The notes: a model not told the origin generated them from the letters alone. A stretch of DNA of 63,849 nucleotides, filler included, from Olpidium bornovanus S191 (GCA_017911155.1; 24 parts of 24 records of this genome joined end to end with filler, not necessarily neighbours in it); one strand, 5' to 3'; shown: positions 21,988 through 34,565, counted from the whole stretch's first letter. Made by a program: numbers and translations.

Positions 21988-22807
21988 GGCGCGGGCGGCG
22001 GAGATGGAGCGGGGAGGCGAAGTGGGGAGCGCGAGCGGGGTTTCGTTTTTTCGGGGGGGAACCCGGCGCGGGCGGCAGAAAGGGGAAGGGGGCGTGGGAA
22101 GGGCAGGATAGGAGGCCGAGGGCGTTCGTGTGCTATATCCGTCACGCGTTTTTCGAAACAAATAAATAAATAAAACAAATGAAGCAAAAGGCAGGGCGCA
22201 CAAGGTTGAAGCGCAACCCGCATCGCTGGGCCCTCCGGAACCGCTTCTTCCCTCCCCCTCCCACTCCCCACCCCCGTTACTCCCTTTTCTCCCTCCTTGA
22301 AGGACGGTTGCCGTTTGCTGGTCCGCGGCACAAACGGACCCGACCAAAACAAGCTTCCCGACGCTGCCTTTCTTAACTTTTCCTGGATGTCGGGAAACGA
22401 CGAAAAGAAAAAAAAAAAAAAAAAAAGTCCTCTGCGCGCCCCGCCCTCCCCCATCTCCGCGGCCGATCGGCGCAGAAACAGGCTTTTCCCCCTCCTCGGA
22501 GCGCTTCGACGGAGGGGTGCGGGTGTGTTTGGGCGCGCGTCCACGCGCGTTTTGCCCCCGCCTCCACCTTCTCCGCCCTTTCCTCTTCCCCCCCCCCAAC
22601 AACTCCCTCCGTCCTCGTCCCTTGTCCCCCGCGCGCCTCGCGCGTCGTTTTCCCCCAGCCGCGCGCGCGCACGCACGTAAGGACACGTAAAAGAAAAAAA
22701 AAAAACTCGAACACGCCGCACCCATCACCGCCCCGCATATCCTCGGGGCTTTTGGCAGCAGGAGAGAGAGAGAAAAAGCCAGACGCGCCCGGACGCGCGA
22801 CGGCCCT

Positions 22808-23583
22808 TTATGAGCTCCCTCCTTTCAGCGACGGCGACGACCGTATCCTTTTCAGATGCCCTTCTTCCGTTGCGCCGCCGCCGCTCCCCGCTTTCTCCTC
22901 CTCGTCTCCGCTCCTCCCCTCGGTCGCCGCCGCCGCCCCCGACTTCCGCTCCGGGGTCAAGTAGCCAGTCAGCTCCACCTCGCGTTCCCCCTCCTCCTCC
23001 CCCTTCGCCTCCTGCGACCTCCGCTGCTCCTCCCTCCTTTCCTTCTCCTCCTCCTCCTCCTCCTCCTCGCAGCTCGCTTCGGCCCTCAGGATCGCCGTCG
23101 CCGAGCCCAGAGGGTCCGGCACCGGCTCGGCTCCTGTAGCGACGGACGGCCTCAGTTCGGGCACTGGGCCTGCCGTCGCTGCGGGCGCGGGCGCGGGCGG
23201 CTCGAAAGCCGCCGGCCCTGCGCCGAGGACGTCGGCCTCGGCCGGCGACGGTGGCGCGGGCGTTCCATCGAGCATGCACCTCGGGCCCGGGGACATCGCC
23301 CACCCGAGCGAGAGCAGCACCACCCACGTGCATATGCTCTCCGCCAGAGTCGGCAGCCAGTTCTCGTCGACCCAGGAGATCATGCTGAAGCTGCTGAAGA
23401 GGAATGCAACCGGAAGGGCCAGGTAGGACAGGATGATCCAGCGGAAAATCCTGTGTGGGGGGGAGGAGAAGGGGGGGGGGGGGGGGGAAGGGTTGGAGGT
23501 TCACGGAGGATATCAGGGAGACCCGTCAAGGCGAATACGAAAGAAAAGAAACGAAAAGCAACAACCACAACAACCACAACAAT

Positions 23584-23638
<55 letters not shown>

Positions 23639-23970
23639 AAAAAAGAAAAAAAGAAAGCAAACGCGGTTGAGTGCCCTCCACCGCCCCCCTCCCCCTCCCT
23701 CGCGCGCGCGTGGAGGGAAGAAAGGAGGGGGACGAATTTCAGCGCTGCTTTTTCTTTTTTTTTTTTTTTTTTTTTTTCGGTTTGTGGTTTTCTTTTTCTT
23801 TCCCGACCCGCCGCCCCTTTTTTTCCAGATTCGCCCGTCCCCCGCACGACCCCACCCCTCCCTCCCTCCCGGGTCTCCCACCGAGAACGCTCAGGAAGGG
23901 CCTGTACAGCCTGAACGTGAAGAGCGAATCCGGCGTCTCGCGCAGGATAAGCTTTAATAAAGCCGCGGCC
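22808..23970 (-). CDS. Membrane protein C-terminal part with acidic tail (loosely GPR107/108-PTM1-like)
   Basis: FRLYRPFLSVL, then IFRWIILSYLALPVAFLF...WVDENWLPTLAESICTWVVLLSLGWAMSP and a poly-Glu tail. The splice phase between these exons is unresolved. Confidence 0.35.
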
Positions 23971-24460
23971 NNNNNNNNNNNNNNNNNNNNNNNNNNNNNN
24001 NNNNNNNNNNNNNNTTAATTAATTAANNNNNNNNNNNNNNNNNNNNNNNNNNNNNNNNNNNNNNNNNNNNGAATTGTATTTTGGATTGACGTGGAGGGAG
24101 AGAGAGAGAGAGAAAAAAAGAAAGAGAGAAAGAGAGAGAGAAAGACACGTGCACCGAGAACGCGGGCCGCGGTTTCGCCCTCGCTGCCATGGAAATCCAC
24201 GGATATTCCGCGGTCGACCTGTTGCGCCGGGGAATCTCGTCTGCGTCTGCGTTTTTTACGGATTTTGCAATAGATCCGGGCTCTTTTCGTCCCGGCGCGC
24301 GTGCGTTTCGTGGGGTGCGGGGCGGGTCGGCAGAACACGCCGCGAAAGCTCCAGACGTCCCTCCACCCCGTTTGGCAGCAGTGGTTTTTATTCCCAAACC
24401 GATAATAGGTTAGGGTCCACAGGAGTTTTTTTTTTTTTTTTCGCTTTTCGCTGTAGCGTC

Positions 24461-24505
24461 CCGCCACGTGACCGTAACACCCACGCCACGTGACCGTAAC
24501 CACCC
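24461..24505. promoter_or_regulatory. Tandem CCACGTGACCGTAAC motifs (two E-boxes)
   Basis: CACGTGAC at 24465 and 24487 within a direct repeat, next to a poly-T tract. Confidence 0.45.
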
Positions 24506-25181
24506 GTAGCGGTTCGGGTCCGCCGCGAAGTCGGCTTACTCCTTCATGACGAAAAACTGAGCAGAATATAGTTAAAGTTCTAAACATTGTCGGAATAGGC
24601 ATATGTGGCAAAAATAGGGCTGAAAACGACAAAAAAACCCCCCGAGCCGCAGCGCAGATTCTGCGACAGCGTTCCCTCTTAGGCCTTGACCGCTTTCCCC
24701 CACATCCCCTCCCCCGTGTTTGTTTTTTGAACAGAAACCACCAAACGCTCGTTTGCTGGGCCCTCCCCTTAATTAACTCCCATCCATCGATTTCCCCCCT
24801 CCCCTCCCCCATCCCCAACTCCTTTCTTTTTTTTTTTACCTGCGTGTCGGATGCGCTCTCCGTTGCTTCGCCTGGCCATCGTGGCCGTTGAATCTGGCGC
24901 AATGTGCCTATTGTGCTTATACTGGGTACGCGTTTCAGTTAATCAAACGGTAAGCCCGTCAAAAACCCCCATCGCAAAAGCTCGCGCGACCACAAAACTC
25001 AGTAACTTACCAAGGTTTGTGAGTCTGCAGGCCGAAGGAACGGGGCGATGACCATTTTCTATCGATTCTATATGTACATGANNNNNNNNNNNNNNNNNNN
25101 NNNNNNNNNNNNNNNNNNNNNNNNNTTAATTAATTAANNNNNNNNNNNNNNNNNNNNNNNNNNNNNNNNNNNNNNNNNNNN

Positions 25182-26128
25182 CATGTTAGTAACAACACCC
25201 TTGTTTGCGAGATCAATGAGCCCTTCCTGAAACATTTCCGTCTGGATGCGATATCGGTGGGGGTTACATCATCGAGGAATAGCACGGGAATGGTACAGAA
25301 TCAAAGATAAGTGATGCGGCTCACGTGAATCCCCAGGTCCTTGTGGTTATGAAGGCCGCTGAGAACGGCATCCGGAATCGCACCGATGCCCATTTGCAGC
25401 GTGGCACCGTCCGGCACGAGTTCGGCGATTTGCGCTCCAATCCTTCGTTCCACATCGGAAGAAATGTGAGCATGGACAACCGGGAGGGGCTCGTCGTGCT
25501 CGACTACATAATCGATTGCGCTGATATGGATCTGGGAGCTGCCGAAGGTCCGCGGCATGGACGGGTTGATTTGCGCGACAACGATTTTGGCGGTCTCCGC
25601 GGCAGGATATGCACCGGCCACCTCCGTCCCCAGCGAGCAATAGCCGTGACGGTCCGGGGGAGACACGTTAAGGAGAGCGACGTCGATCGGGAGGATCCCG
25701 CGTCGCATTAGGGCGGGAACTTCGGAAAGGAAGACGGGGATGTAGTGACCGGTGCCCTGGGCCACGGACGAACGGGCGCGCTTGCCGACGAAGAAGTGGC
25801 TGGTGTAGAAGCTGGACCGGAGCGACGGGTCGTCGCAAGGGTTCTTCTCTTCCAAGTGGAGATGGCACAGCTGGACGTTCCTGAGGTCCGAGCGCCTGCT
25901 CAACGCCTGGAGCATGTCGGTGGGGACGGCGGCGATGCCGTGGACATAGACGCGATCATTGTGATTGACGACGGCGACAGCATGGTCGAGCGAAGAACAC
26001 CGCACAGGGTCGCCCTTGCGCGTCAGCAGCGTGCGGCGCGACAAAGTGCGCTGGCGGGGAAGAGCGCGCGTAGAGGCAGTACCGCAGCGGCGCAGAAGGC
26101 CGGCCGCTCCGCTCGTCAACAGGAACAT
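25182..26128 (-). CDS. Family I CoA-transferase, 4-hydroxybutyrate CoA-transferase-like, with probable mitochondrial presequence (3' truncated)
   Basis: RVYVHGIAAVP, HFFVGKRAR, YIPVFLSEVP, IDVALLNVSPPDRHGYCSLG, QINPSMPRTFG, DGATLQMGIGAIPDAVL...LGIH|TEMF. Arg-rich, acid-free N-terminus. Confidence 0.93.
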
Positions 26129-26257
26129 ATTGTATGTACGGCCGGCCCGCGGGTACAGCGCTGACGGGGGCGGGGAACCGTGGCGGTTGTTACGTTTTTG
26201 AAGGCTTTTCGCACGTGCAGCGGCCCTCTGCCCCGCCGCGCCCCGCGCGCCCCCTTG

Positions 26258-26295
<38 letters not shown>

Positions 26296-26418
26296 CCCCG
26301 CTCNNNNNNNNNNNNNNNNNNNNNNNNNNNNNNNNNNNNNNNNNNNNTTAATTAATTAANNNNNNNNNNNNNNNNNNNNNNNNNNNNNNNNNNNNNNNNN
26401 NNNATGTCAGGCGTCGGC

Positions 26419-26453
<35 letters not shown>

Positions 26454-26546
26454 AAATAAGAAAAGATAAGGAAAAAAATATCGTCAGATTGAATCTGCGG
26501 GGGACAAACATAGATAACGAACCACGTCGGTGAAGAAAAACTCACC

Positions 26547-29273
26547 GTTCTGACTGTCTCCAAACCTCCGAACTTGGCCGGCGGTACCACGAGACGGCCG
26601 CGGGAGATATCTCCGAGGGAAATCCACCAGTACGGTCGCTTCTCCATACCGAGCAGATACGGCGCATGGACTGGCCGCGGCTTCTGACTCTCTTCGGCAA
26701 GCCGGCGCCTCCTTGCCTGCGGCGACTCAAATTCCTCCGTCTCGTCGTCATCGTCATGATGACTTTCCCCATTTTCCTCCAGCTTCTCGTCGGACGGCTT
26801 CTCCCCGGGACGCCGTAGGCGGAGCCGGCACACGAAAATGACGATCGCACCCGGGGTTATCGCCTTATCGCCGGTGACTGTTTATTACACGAATAGCCAA
26901 GCGGGTTAGCGTGCTCGTAGTTTACGCAGCAGGGCAGAAAACATTGCCCGCAAAGCTGACACACACCTTTGAATTCCGCCTTGACCCCCTCCAGCACAGG
27001 GTATAGCCCCGCAACGCGAACAACTTCATTCTTCTGCTCTTCGGTTAGGCTCCGCAACAAGCTGTCCCTCTCCTCCTGTGGTAGGCTCATCAGCTGGTCT
27101 ATAGTGCGCACATCACGCTTCTTAGTCCGGGCGTGCTTAACCACGTCTGAAGTAGAGGTGATGTGCGGGAGTTGCACGATAGGCGGATCGCTTATCCAAA
27201 GGGCCTGCACCAGCATCTGTGAAAGCGACATGCAGTTTAAGCTCTGCGCTAACCAGAACCTTGCAACAGTGATCTGGAGCATGCCGTTCAGTAGGTGAAT
27301 CGACTTCTCAACGATAAAGGCTTGGTCTGCCGTTCGGTTAAGCAAAAACATGTATTCCGGGCGTTAAAACAGGCATGGCAAACACCAAATGGGAAAACGC
27401 CCCAAATGCAGAAGGCACCGCTGCCGCCCGACCTTTTGCCAACCTCGGGTCTTCAACGGGTATGCGTAGCATGTGGGCGAGGAGAAGGGTGGTCGCCCTA
27501 TGCGCAAAGAGTGCACTCCCCTTCTTCCTCTTCTCGACCTTTTCGCTGCGCCTGTCCAGCTCTGCGCACACCTTCGCGGCGATCGCGTCGAGTTCCTTGT
27601 GACCGGTGGCGGCAGCGGACGCCTTCTGCGACTTGCCACCGTTCGCTTGAGACTCCCCGAGGTCATCAGCATCGGGAAGGCTGCCGCTCGGCAAGTCATC
27701 CCTGAACTCGCGGGCCGACGCGATGATTGCAATGAGGTCGCGCACGGTCGACCGCTCCGTAATCGCCTTGAAGTACGCGCCCATGGTCCGGTTGAGAATA
27801 CGGTCTTTCGAATACAACTTCGCCGAATACCACCACCGGCCGACCAGGAACGGCAGGAGTAAGCCAAAGCCGACACCATACACGGTCAATACAAAAAAGG
27901 AGTTGTGACCCTCGACAATCCACGTCGGCAGTGCAATGCCGAACGTCATCGCTATGCCGAGCATTTCGAGGAAACGTCAGATTCAGCCGTATTCGACAGC
28001 CCGTATGTGTGACGAGCGAGTACGGATTTCCGACCTTGCCTGCCGTCAGGGTGTCCAAACTCTTCGAAGTTCTTCCTGAGGTCTTCGTTGGTCAACCTGT
28101 CTCAATGCAAATAAATCATAGATTCAGCACGCCAGATAGCATTGAAAGCACCCATCTCGAACCGGCGGCATTCTGGTCGATTATGTCAGTTCGTAAAAGC
28201 ATGCTTACGCCGTGTAGGCCTTGACGATCCCCGTCCACTTCTGATTAGCCTCCTCTTTCATTTCTTCCGGCACCTTGTCAGGGTGCTGAGTTCTCGAGAG
28301 CGTCCGGTATGCCTTCTTGATTTCTGCCACGGTTGCAGACTAAAAAGTTTTCAAGAAAAGCAGGGCTTATTCGTAATTATCCAGGTCCGAGCACTGCAAG
28401 GTTATGGAAATGCTACAGCATTCACTGACGTGCTCGAGACCTAGGATCTTGAATGGGTCCCATAATTGTATGACGGGTGCCTCGGTTTTGTACACCAGGA
28501 CGGACAAGAGGACGATTAGCACCCAGCCAATCACCGTGAACGTTAGTCTAGTTCAGGCCCGGTAGAGGAAAGGAGGATTAGCGGCATCCCTCGACGTCAA
28601 AATCAAGAGTCTAGACAAGCCCATTTTCAGCGACCGCAATCGTCGACGGAAACCGCCAGGGACGATTTTACGTAAGCAGCGCAGGACCGGGAATAAACTT
28701 CCGAGGTTCGCTTCCGCAGTTTGCAGAACGTACTTCTTGTTCAGTCTGTTCCAAAAACTTCGCCGGTCCGCCCTGAATTTCACTTTCTCCTTGTTGCGAC
28801 ATGCGGCGCACGAACAAGCGGACTTTGCAGTGCGTTCTTGGAAGCGGAAAGACGCCCCGGCGGCCGCATTAGCTCAGGAGCCGGGATCACCTCCAGTGCG
28901 TCCTGCCTGAAGAGGATCTGCCGGCACGGAAAACCTGTCTGCCGTCCGTGCGCGCTGGGAACCTGACTCGCCAGCCAGAGACTCCACTACCACGTTTTGC
29001 TTCGGAACGACGGCCACTCGGCCAAGCTTTTTATTTTATTCTGCGCACCCTCACCCTCCCGCCCACGCCACCCCCCCCACTAACTCTCCTTCCCTCTCTT
29101 TGTCTCGTTTGCCGGCTTCGAGACCGGGCTCGAGCTCAGGCGCGCTTTATCATACCTTTGTCCGCGGCGCCAGACAGGAGCCCTATGGTTGGCGGCAGGA
29201 CGAGCATGAAGACCAGGGAGAGCAGGAAGTAGTAGAAGGTTGCCCCGGACTCATCGTACTCGTACTTCGCCAT
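26547..29273 (-). CDS. SEC63: Translocon subunit Sec63 (3' truncated)
   Basis: MAKYEYDESGATFYYFLLSL, J-domain with HPDK (EIKKAYRTLSRTQHPDK), GIALPTWIVE, WWYSAKLYSKD, Sec63/Brl domain LVQALW...QLPHI. Confidence 0.95.
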
Positions 29274-30186
29274 GGCGGGCAAGCTTCTTCGTCGGCGGCG
29301 GCGGCGGCGGCTGCGAGGAGAGGCGTGTCGCGCGCGCCTGTTTCCCCCAAGGGCAGCAGCGGCTGGTCGCCTGCAGCAGGTGTCTCCTTCGTTTGCCGCG
29401 GGGGGCAAGAGCGGGGAAGGCGGCGGAGGCGCCGAGTTGGCTGGCCTCAACCATTCCCCCACCCTCCCCACCAAAAAAAAAAAAAAAAAAAAAGCCCGAA
29501 TGTTTTCTAAATCTAGTAACGCAACTTTGACAAAACAATACTCAATGCACAGCAAGCACCACATGGCCAGACCGCGTAATATGTTCTCAGCTACCGGTCT
29601 CACAGCGAAGGGGGGGGTGGGGGGNNNNNNNNNNNNNNNNNNNNNNNNNNNNNNNNNNNNNNNNNNNNTTAATTAATTAANNNNNNNNNNNNNNNNNNNN
29701 NNNNNNNNNNNNNNNNNNNNNNNNAAATTGTCCAACGTGCCCCCCCCCCAAGCGCCGTAATCCGACCAACCCTCCCCCCACCACCTTTGCCGCCCGTGGT
29801 CGTCGCGCAGTCTGCTGGACTGCCTCCCCGTTTCGCCAGGAAATTTTCGTTACCCTATAACGTGGGGAAAGGGATCTGCCGAGGGGTTACTTCACGGGCT
29901 CTACAGTGGCATCAAGTGTAATTATCGGGGGCCACCCGTATGAGAACGTACTCGGTCTCGAGCGGAGCATGACAACTTCGGCTGCGGCGAGAGCGCCGAG
30001 GCCCCCCGGATTCAAGTCAGAACGGCCAACGTACGCGCTTCACAGGTAGACTTCAGGGCGGATACGCGGTCGAGAACGTTGCTGCAACAGCGATGCTGCC
30101 CGGTAAGTAGTTATGTCGTGGATTTTCCTCAGAAGCGTACAGGTTCTCCGCCGTCTCCGACGGATGCCGTCCGTTGCCGTTTACGA

Positions 30187-32600
30187 TTAGATATGGGCAT
30201 CTTCGGGCAATGCCACGGAGATCGTCATTGCCGGTCGGTTGGAAGCAAAGGCCAACAACCACTGGAAACTCGGAGTTGGTCGGGGGTAGTTTGATTTAGC
30301 AACAGGAAATATAGATCGTGCAACGCACGCGAACCAATTAACTACATCGGCAAAGCCAGGCGCACCTTCGTATTCGTAAGCGTGTATTTAAGCGCTTTTG
30401 TCCACGCTTCGTCGTTGTTGAACTGCAAACGGATGCTGACGTCCCCGATGCGTTCTTTGTTGATCGAATAAGGCAGCTTCGCCGAGGGATCCGCCTCCTC
30501 GGCGTAGTCCCCCAGCTGCTTGAGGCAGTTGAGAAAGGCAACCATCGCATTGTCGAACCGCCGGTTGAGAAAAAGGCGGCCAATGTGGAGGTCACCCGAG
30601 CCGTAGCTGCAGCAGTTGATGAAATTTCCCGGGGTTGAAAAGAAAATTACGGAGATGTCGCTCTCGATCACACAGGGTGGTGCGCTAGAAAAAGCGACGA
30701 GGAGAAATCTTGGAATAACCACTCACAGCTCATAAACGGCCTTGTCGTCATCTGTCCGCTCGATCCGGGAGAAGGAGCCAAGCGGGACGAGCCGGTAGCT
30801 ACACGGGAATGACTTCCGAATCAACGCGAGCTCAACCAACAAATACCCCACACCGAGTTTCCTGAGCCTCACTTTTTGAATTGAAACCCCAACCTCCCTG
30901 CGATTGTGTACAGAAGCAGGAGCGTCTGTCCCCACGCGGCATTTATCTCGTTCCAGTCAACGTTTTGGCCGGGCAAGCGCCCAAGCCGGAGGCCATTGAT
31001 GGTCGCGAAGTGGCCGTCGTGGCCGATGCGGAAGGCGTCGTTGTACACGTTGGTCCGCTGCAGCTTCCCAAGAAGCCGCGCGTCGTGGTCGTACTTGAGA
31101 TTGACACCGTCGCGCTCATCTCGGAACCGCTGCAGCTGCAGCTCGAAGTCGCTGTGTTCCGCCCAATACCTTGTAAATCGGCAGAGGAGCGGACGGATTA
31201 GGGGACGCCGTCAGCCAACGCGAATGCATCTAAAGTCCGGACAGCATTGAGGAGGGGGTTGCTGTCCTAACTTGTCGGTCAATTGGTCCAGCTCCTCTTC
31301 CTCACGAGCGAGCAATCGCATCTCCTCTTGGAGTTGGCTTCGCTGTCGCTCGATGTCCTTGATGGCACGTATTGCGTCCTTCTCCTTGGCTTCAAGCTGC
31401 GTCGAATGCCGAACAAATGCAGGATCGACATTGGATCGTATGGGCGCAAGCCAAGGATTACTCATGTAAGGACAGCCGCATGGTGCCATACCGATACCAT
31501 AAAGCGGTCGGTACTCTGAAATACGTCTGCATGTACCTCAACAATCTCTCGCTCCAGCTGCCGCTCGTCCTCTTCCGTCGGTGCGTCCCCGGCATGCTCA
31601 GCAAGGAAGGCCTCGTAAGCATCCTTCTCCTCGGACATCTCCTCCACCCGCTCGTTCATGATCTGCAGCAGCGTCTCAGCGCACTCCTCGCACATAGGGT
31701 GCTGGACCTCTGTCGCAGAAGCGCTGGCGAGCAGGCGGTCCGTGACTTTGAGGCGGTAGCTCAGCGATGACCGCGCTGGCTTGTCTTCTCCCGTGTCCAA
31801 CAAGGAGGGCGCGGGAAACTGTTCGGCGCCTTTAGCCGGAGCGGCGGCCGGAGCCGTGCCCAGGTGATTCGGGAGAACGACGTAATAGTCGTGAGGTGCC
31901 CCGGCGCCGCGCTCGTCGCCAAGTGGACGGCCCGGGCCCTGTGCACCGGGCTGCGGCACGCGGGGAACACTGGATGAACCTGGAAAATCAGGAGGTGGGC
32001 TAGGTCCTGCGGAACCGGAATTACGTCGCCGGGATAGGTCGTCTGGTTGTGCTGACCCTGATCGTGACCGAAAGCGGGGTATCAGAATCCATGGCACTTC
32101 AACTTCCTCCGGCCTATTCTAATTACGGATTGAAACTTGCAACAGATGTCGGAAAGGGTTTGATCCGCGTTCTCGCCCTGCCGGTTGATTGCCAGGCAGG
32201 GCCCTATCAGCCCGCTCCCTCGACGAAACAGGAAAATAACCGTTCGGTATATTCACGCACCGAAAACAGCGCGCGCGTCGGCCTCCGCAAGCCCTACGAG
32301 AGAAGGGTGCAGAGTAACGAGTTGCTTGCATCGTTTGCACACGAAGAATCCGGTGGCATCCGATCGCGTAGACGGCCACTGCTGGTGCTGGTGCTGGTGC
32401 TGCCGTGTCCCAGGGCGCGCCGATGACGGCGATCCCGGGGTGCCACTATTGTTACTGGACGGGGCAGCAAGGGTTGGCGCGCCCTTCGGCGTCAAGGCTA
32501 CCGCCGCTCTCTTCCGCGACGACGACGGCGGAGACGCGGCGGCCGTGCTTGAAGGCGTCGACGGCGGTGCAGCCGCGCGTTCGGGCGGTGCGGAGTCCAT
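30187..32600 (-). CDS. ATG6: Beclin-1/Atg6/Vps30
   Basis: FVCKRCKQ, EVQHPMCEECAETL, coiled coil, YRLVPLGSFSRIE, LYGSGD...RFDNAMVAFLNCLKQL, WTKALKYTLTNTK|WLLAF. Confidence 0.96.
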
Positions 32601-32789
32601 GAGGGAGCGATGTCAAAACAGCTTTTGGTTTCTCGCGCCACTGTGTTCCGGACTGGCGCTGTGGCTGTCGTCGACAGCTTGGAGGACGTTGTGAGGCTTT
32701 TCCTTGCGGGGCGGCGGAGCGCGGAGGGAGCGCGGACTATCTTAAGCTGCACAATTTTCATTAACAAAAAAAGGTTCGCCCCACTACAG

Positions 32790-32799
32790 GTCACGTGAC
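32790..32799. promoter_or_regulatory. Perfect palindromic E-box GTCACGTGAC (CLEAR/Cbf1-type) ~190 bp upstream of ATG6
   Basis: Exact 10-mer seen in the sequence. Confidence 0.5.
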
Positions 32800-32891
32800 C
32801 GTCCCTTTTGTACTCGAAACCCTTCAAGCCCCTTCGCCCGCAACTGTCGAGCCTCTCCGCCTGTGTCTACCAACGCTGACCGCAGCCGAAG

Positions 32892-33014
32892 CTTTTCGAT
32901 GGTAGGATAGAGGCCTACCATGGTGGTAACGGGTAACGGGGAATTAGGGTTCGATTCCGGAGAGGGAGCCTTAGAAACGGCTACCACATCCAAGGAAGGC
33001 AGCAGGCGCGCAAA
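32892..33014 (+). rRNA. 18S rRNA fragment (123 bp only)
   Basis: TTCGATGGTAGGATAGAGGCCTACCATGG...AATTAGGGTTCGATTCCGGAGAGGGAGCC...CGGCTACCACATCCAAGGAAGGCAGCAGGCGCGCAAA is canonical eukaryotic SSU. Upstream sequence is not rRNA. Confidence 0.95.
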
Positions 33015-33114
33015 NNNNNNNNNNNNNNNNNNNNNNNNNNNNNNNNNNNNNNNNNNNNTTAATTAATTAANNNNNNNNNNNNNNNNNNNNNNNNNNNNNN
33101 NNNNNNNNNNNNNN

Positions 33115-34505
33115 AGGGGCGACCACGATCCTGTTGGTGGCCTCGTCGTAGGTCAGGTTGTTGCATGCGACGGTGGGGTTGAACGTCCTGTCGCAGTACG
33201 CACGGACGATTCTCCCGTCGGGACCCTTGGTCATGGACACCGCCCGCAGCCGTTGCTTGGGGGCGGGAAAGGAGGAGGGAGGGGGGGGGGAAGGAAGGAA
33301 GGAAAGCTCGCTTTAGCTCTTTGACGACGAAAGACAGCAAAAAGCAAAAGAAAAAGGAGAAGGGGGGAAGGAAAAAATAAGGAAAAAAAAAAGAAAAGAA
33401 AAGTAAAGGGAAGAAAAGGGAAAAGAAGGGAATGCAGGTGAGGAGGATGGGGGAGGCAAAAGAAAAAAAAAAAAAAAAAAAAAGAGAAAGAAAAGGGCCC
33501 CCGCCGGCCGCCGCACCTTGTACAGGTAGCTGCCGGGTTTCGACGGGTCCAGGCACTTCCACAGCTCCATGATGCCGTCGTCCTTGTAGACGAGGGCGCT
33601 GCTTGAGGGCTTCAGGGGCCGGTTCTCGCAGCAGCAGTTCGCCGTGAAGCCCTCCCACGACCCGTAGCCCGCGAACTCGTACTGGTACAGGAGGTCCTTG
33701 GATTCCGGTGGCGTTTTCTTCGTGGCCACCGCCGCTATCACGTCGCCGCGGGACACGTTGACGACAAGCCTGTTTGTTTTTCCGGAAGAACCATGCTAGT
33801 TCAGCCCCCAGCCTCCCACCCCCCCCCCCCACTTCCCCTTTCCATTTCCCTCCATCCCTCTCCCGCTCAGAAGCACCTCCCCACTCCCCTGCTCACCCGA
33901 TCACGGAGCAACAGATCGCGAGAAACGAGGCAATCCCCATGACCAAGACAAAGTTGACAATGTTCTTGAGCAAGACCGTGTTCAGCTGCGTGTCGAGCGC
34001 GGCCACGAACTTCTCGACCTCCCTGCGGACTCTGCATTCCTCCGGCTCTTGGAGTTCGGCGATGTCCGGCTCCCTGGCGGTGGCGGCGGCCGCGGCGGCG
34101 GGCTTGGACCGCGCGTACGCCGAAGCCACGAGCGGGCCGGTCGTCCGCAGCTTCACGGTCTCGAAGTACCTCGACTGGAGGTAGGCCCTGGCGAGGGCGT
34201 ACAGCGCGGACGCGCCGACGAGGCCGCCGTTGAATCCGACCAGCCCGCGCTGCAGCCACGCCGGGACGCCGACGCCGACCTTGATCACCGCCGCGACGAC
34301 GAAGTTGGCCGCCGTCAGCAGCCGCAGCGACACGTTGATCGCGTTCTCGTGCCGGCTCAGGTACGGCCGGGCGCCCGCGTTGAAGCACGCCACGACCGTC
34401 TGGTGCGCCGCCAGCCACACCGCCGACGCCGTGGCGATGTACGCCGCGAAGGTCGTGATCAGCGCGACGACGAGCTTGTCCGTCGTGAGAAGGATGTTGT
34501 AGAAC
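33115..34505 (-). CDS. Hypothetical multi-pass membrane protein with Cys-rich loop (internal fragment)
   Basis: Hydrophobic helices (33893-34500), then spliced exons YEFAGYGSWEGFTANCCCENRP...ELWKCL...YLYK|RLRAVSM...VRAYCDRTFNP. Strong GC3 bias. Confidence 0.6.
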
Positions 34506-34533
34506 CGCCTGCGCGCGCGCGCGCGGAAGGCGG

Positions 34534-34565
<32 letters not shown>

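Noticed and set aside
32892-33014. Intact rRNA gene or rDNA unit
   Set aside because: Only 123 bp of SSU is present and the upstream sequence is not rRNA.
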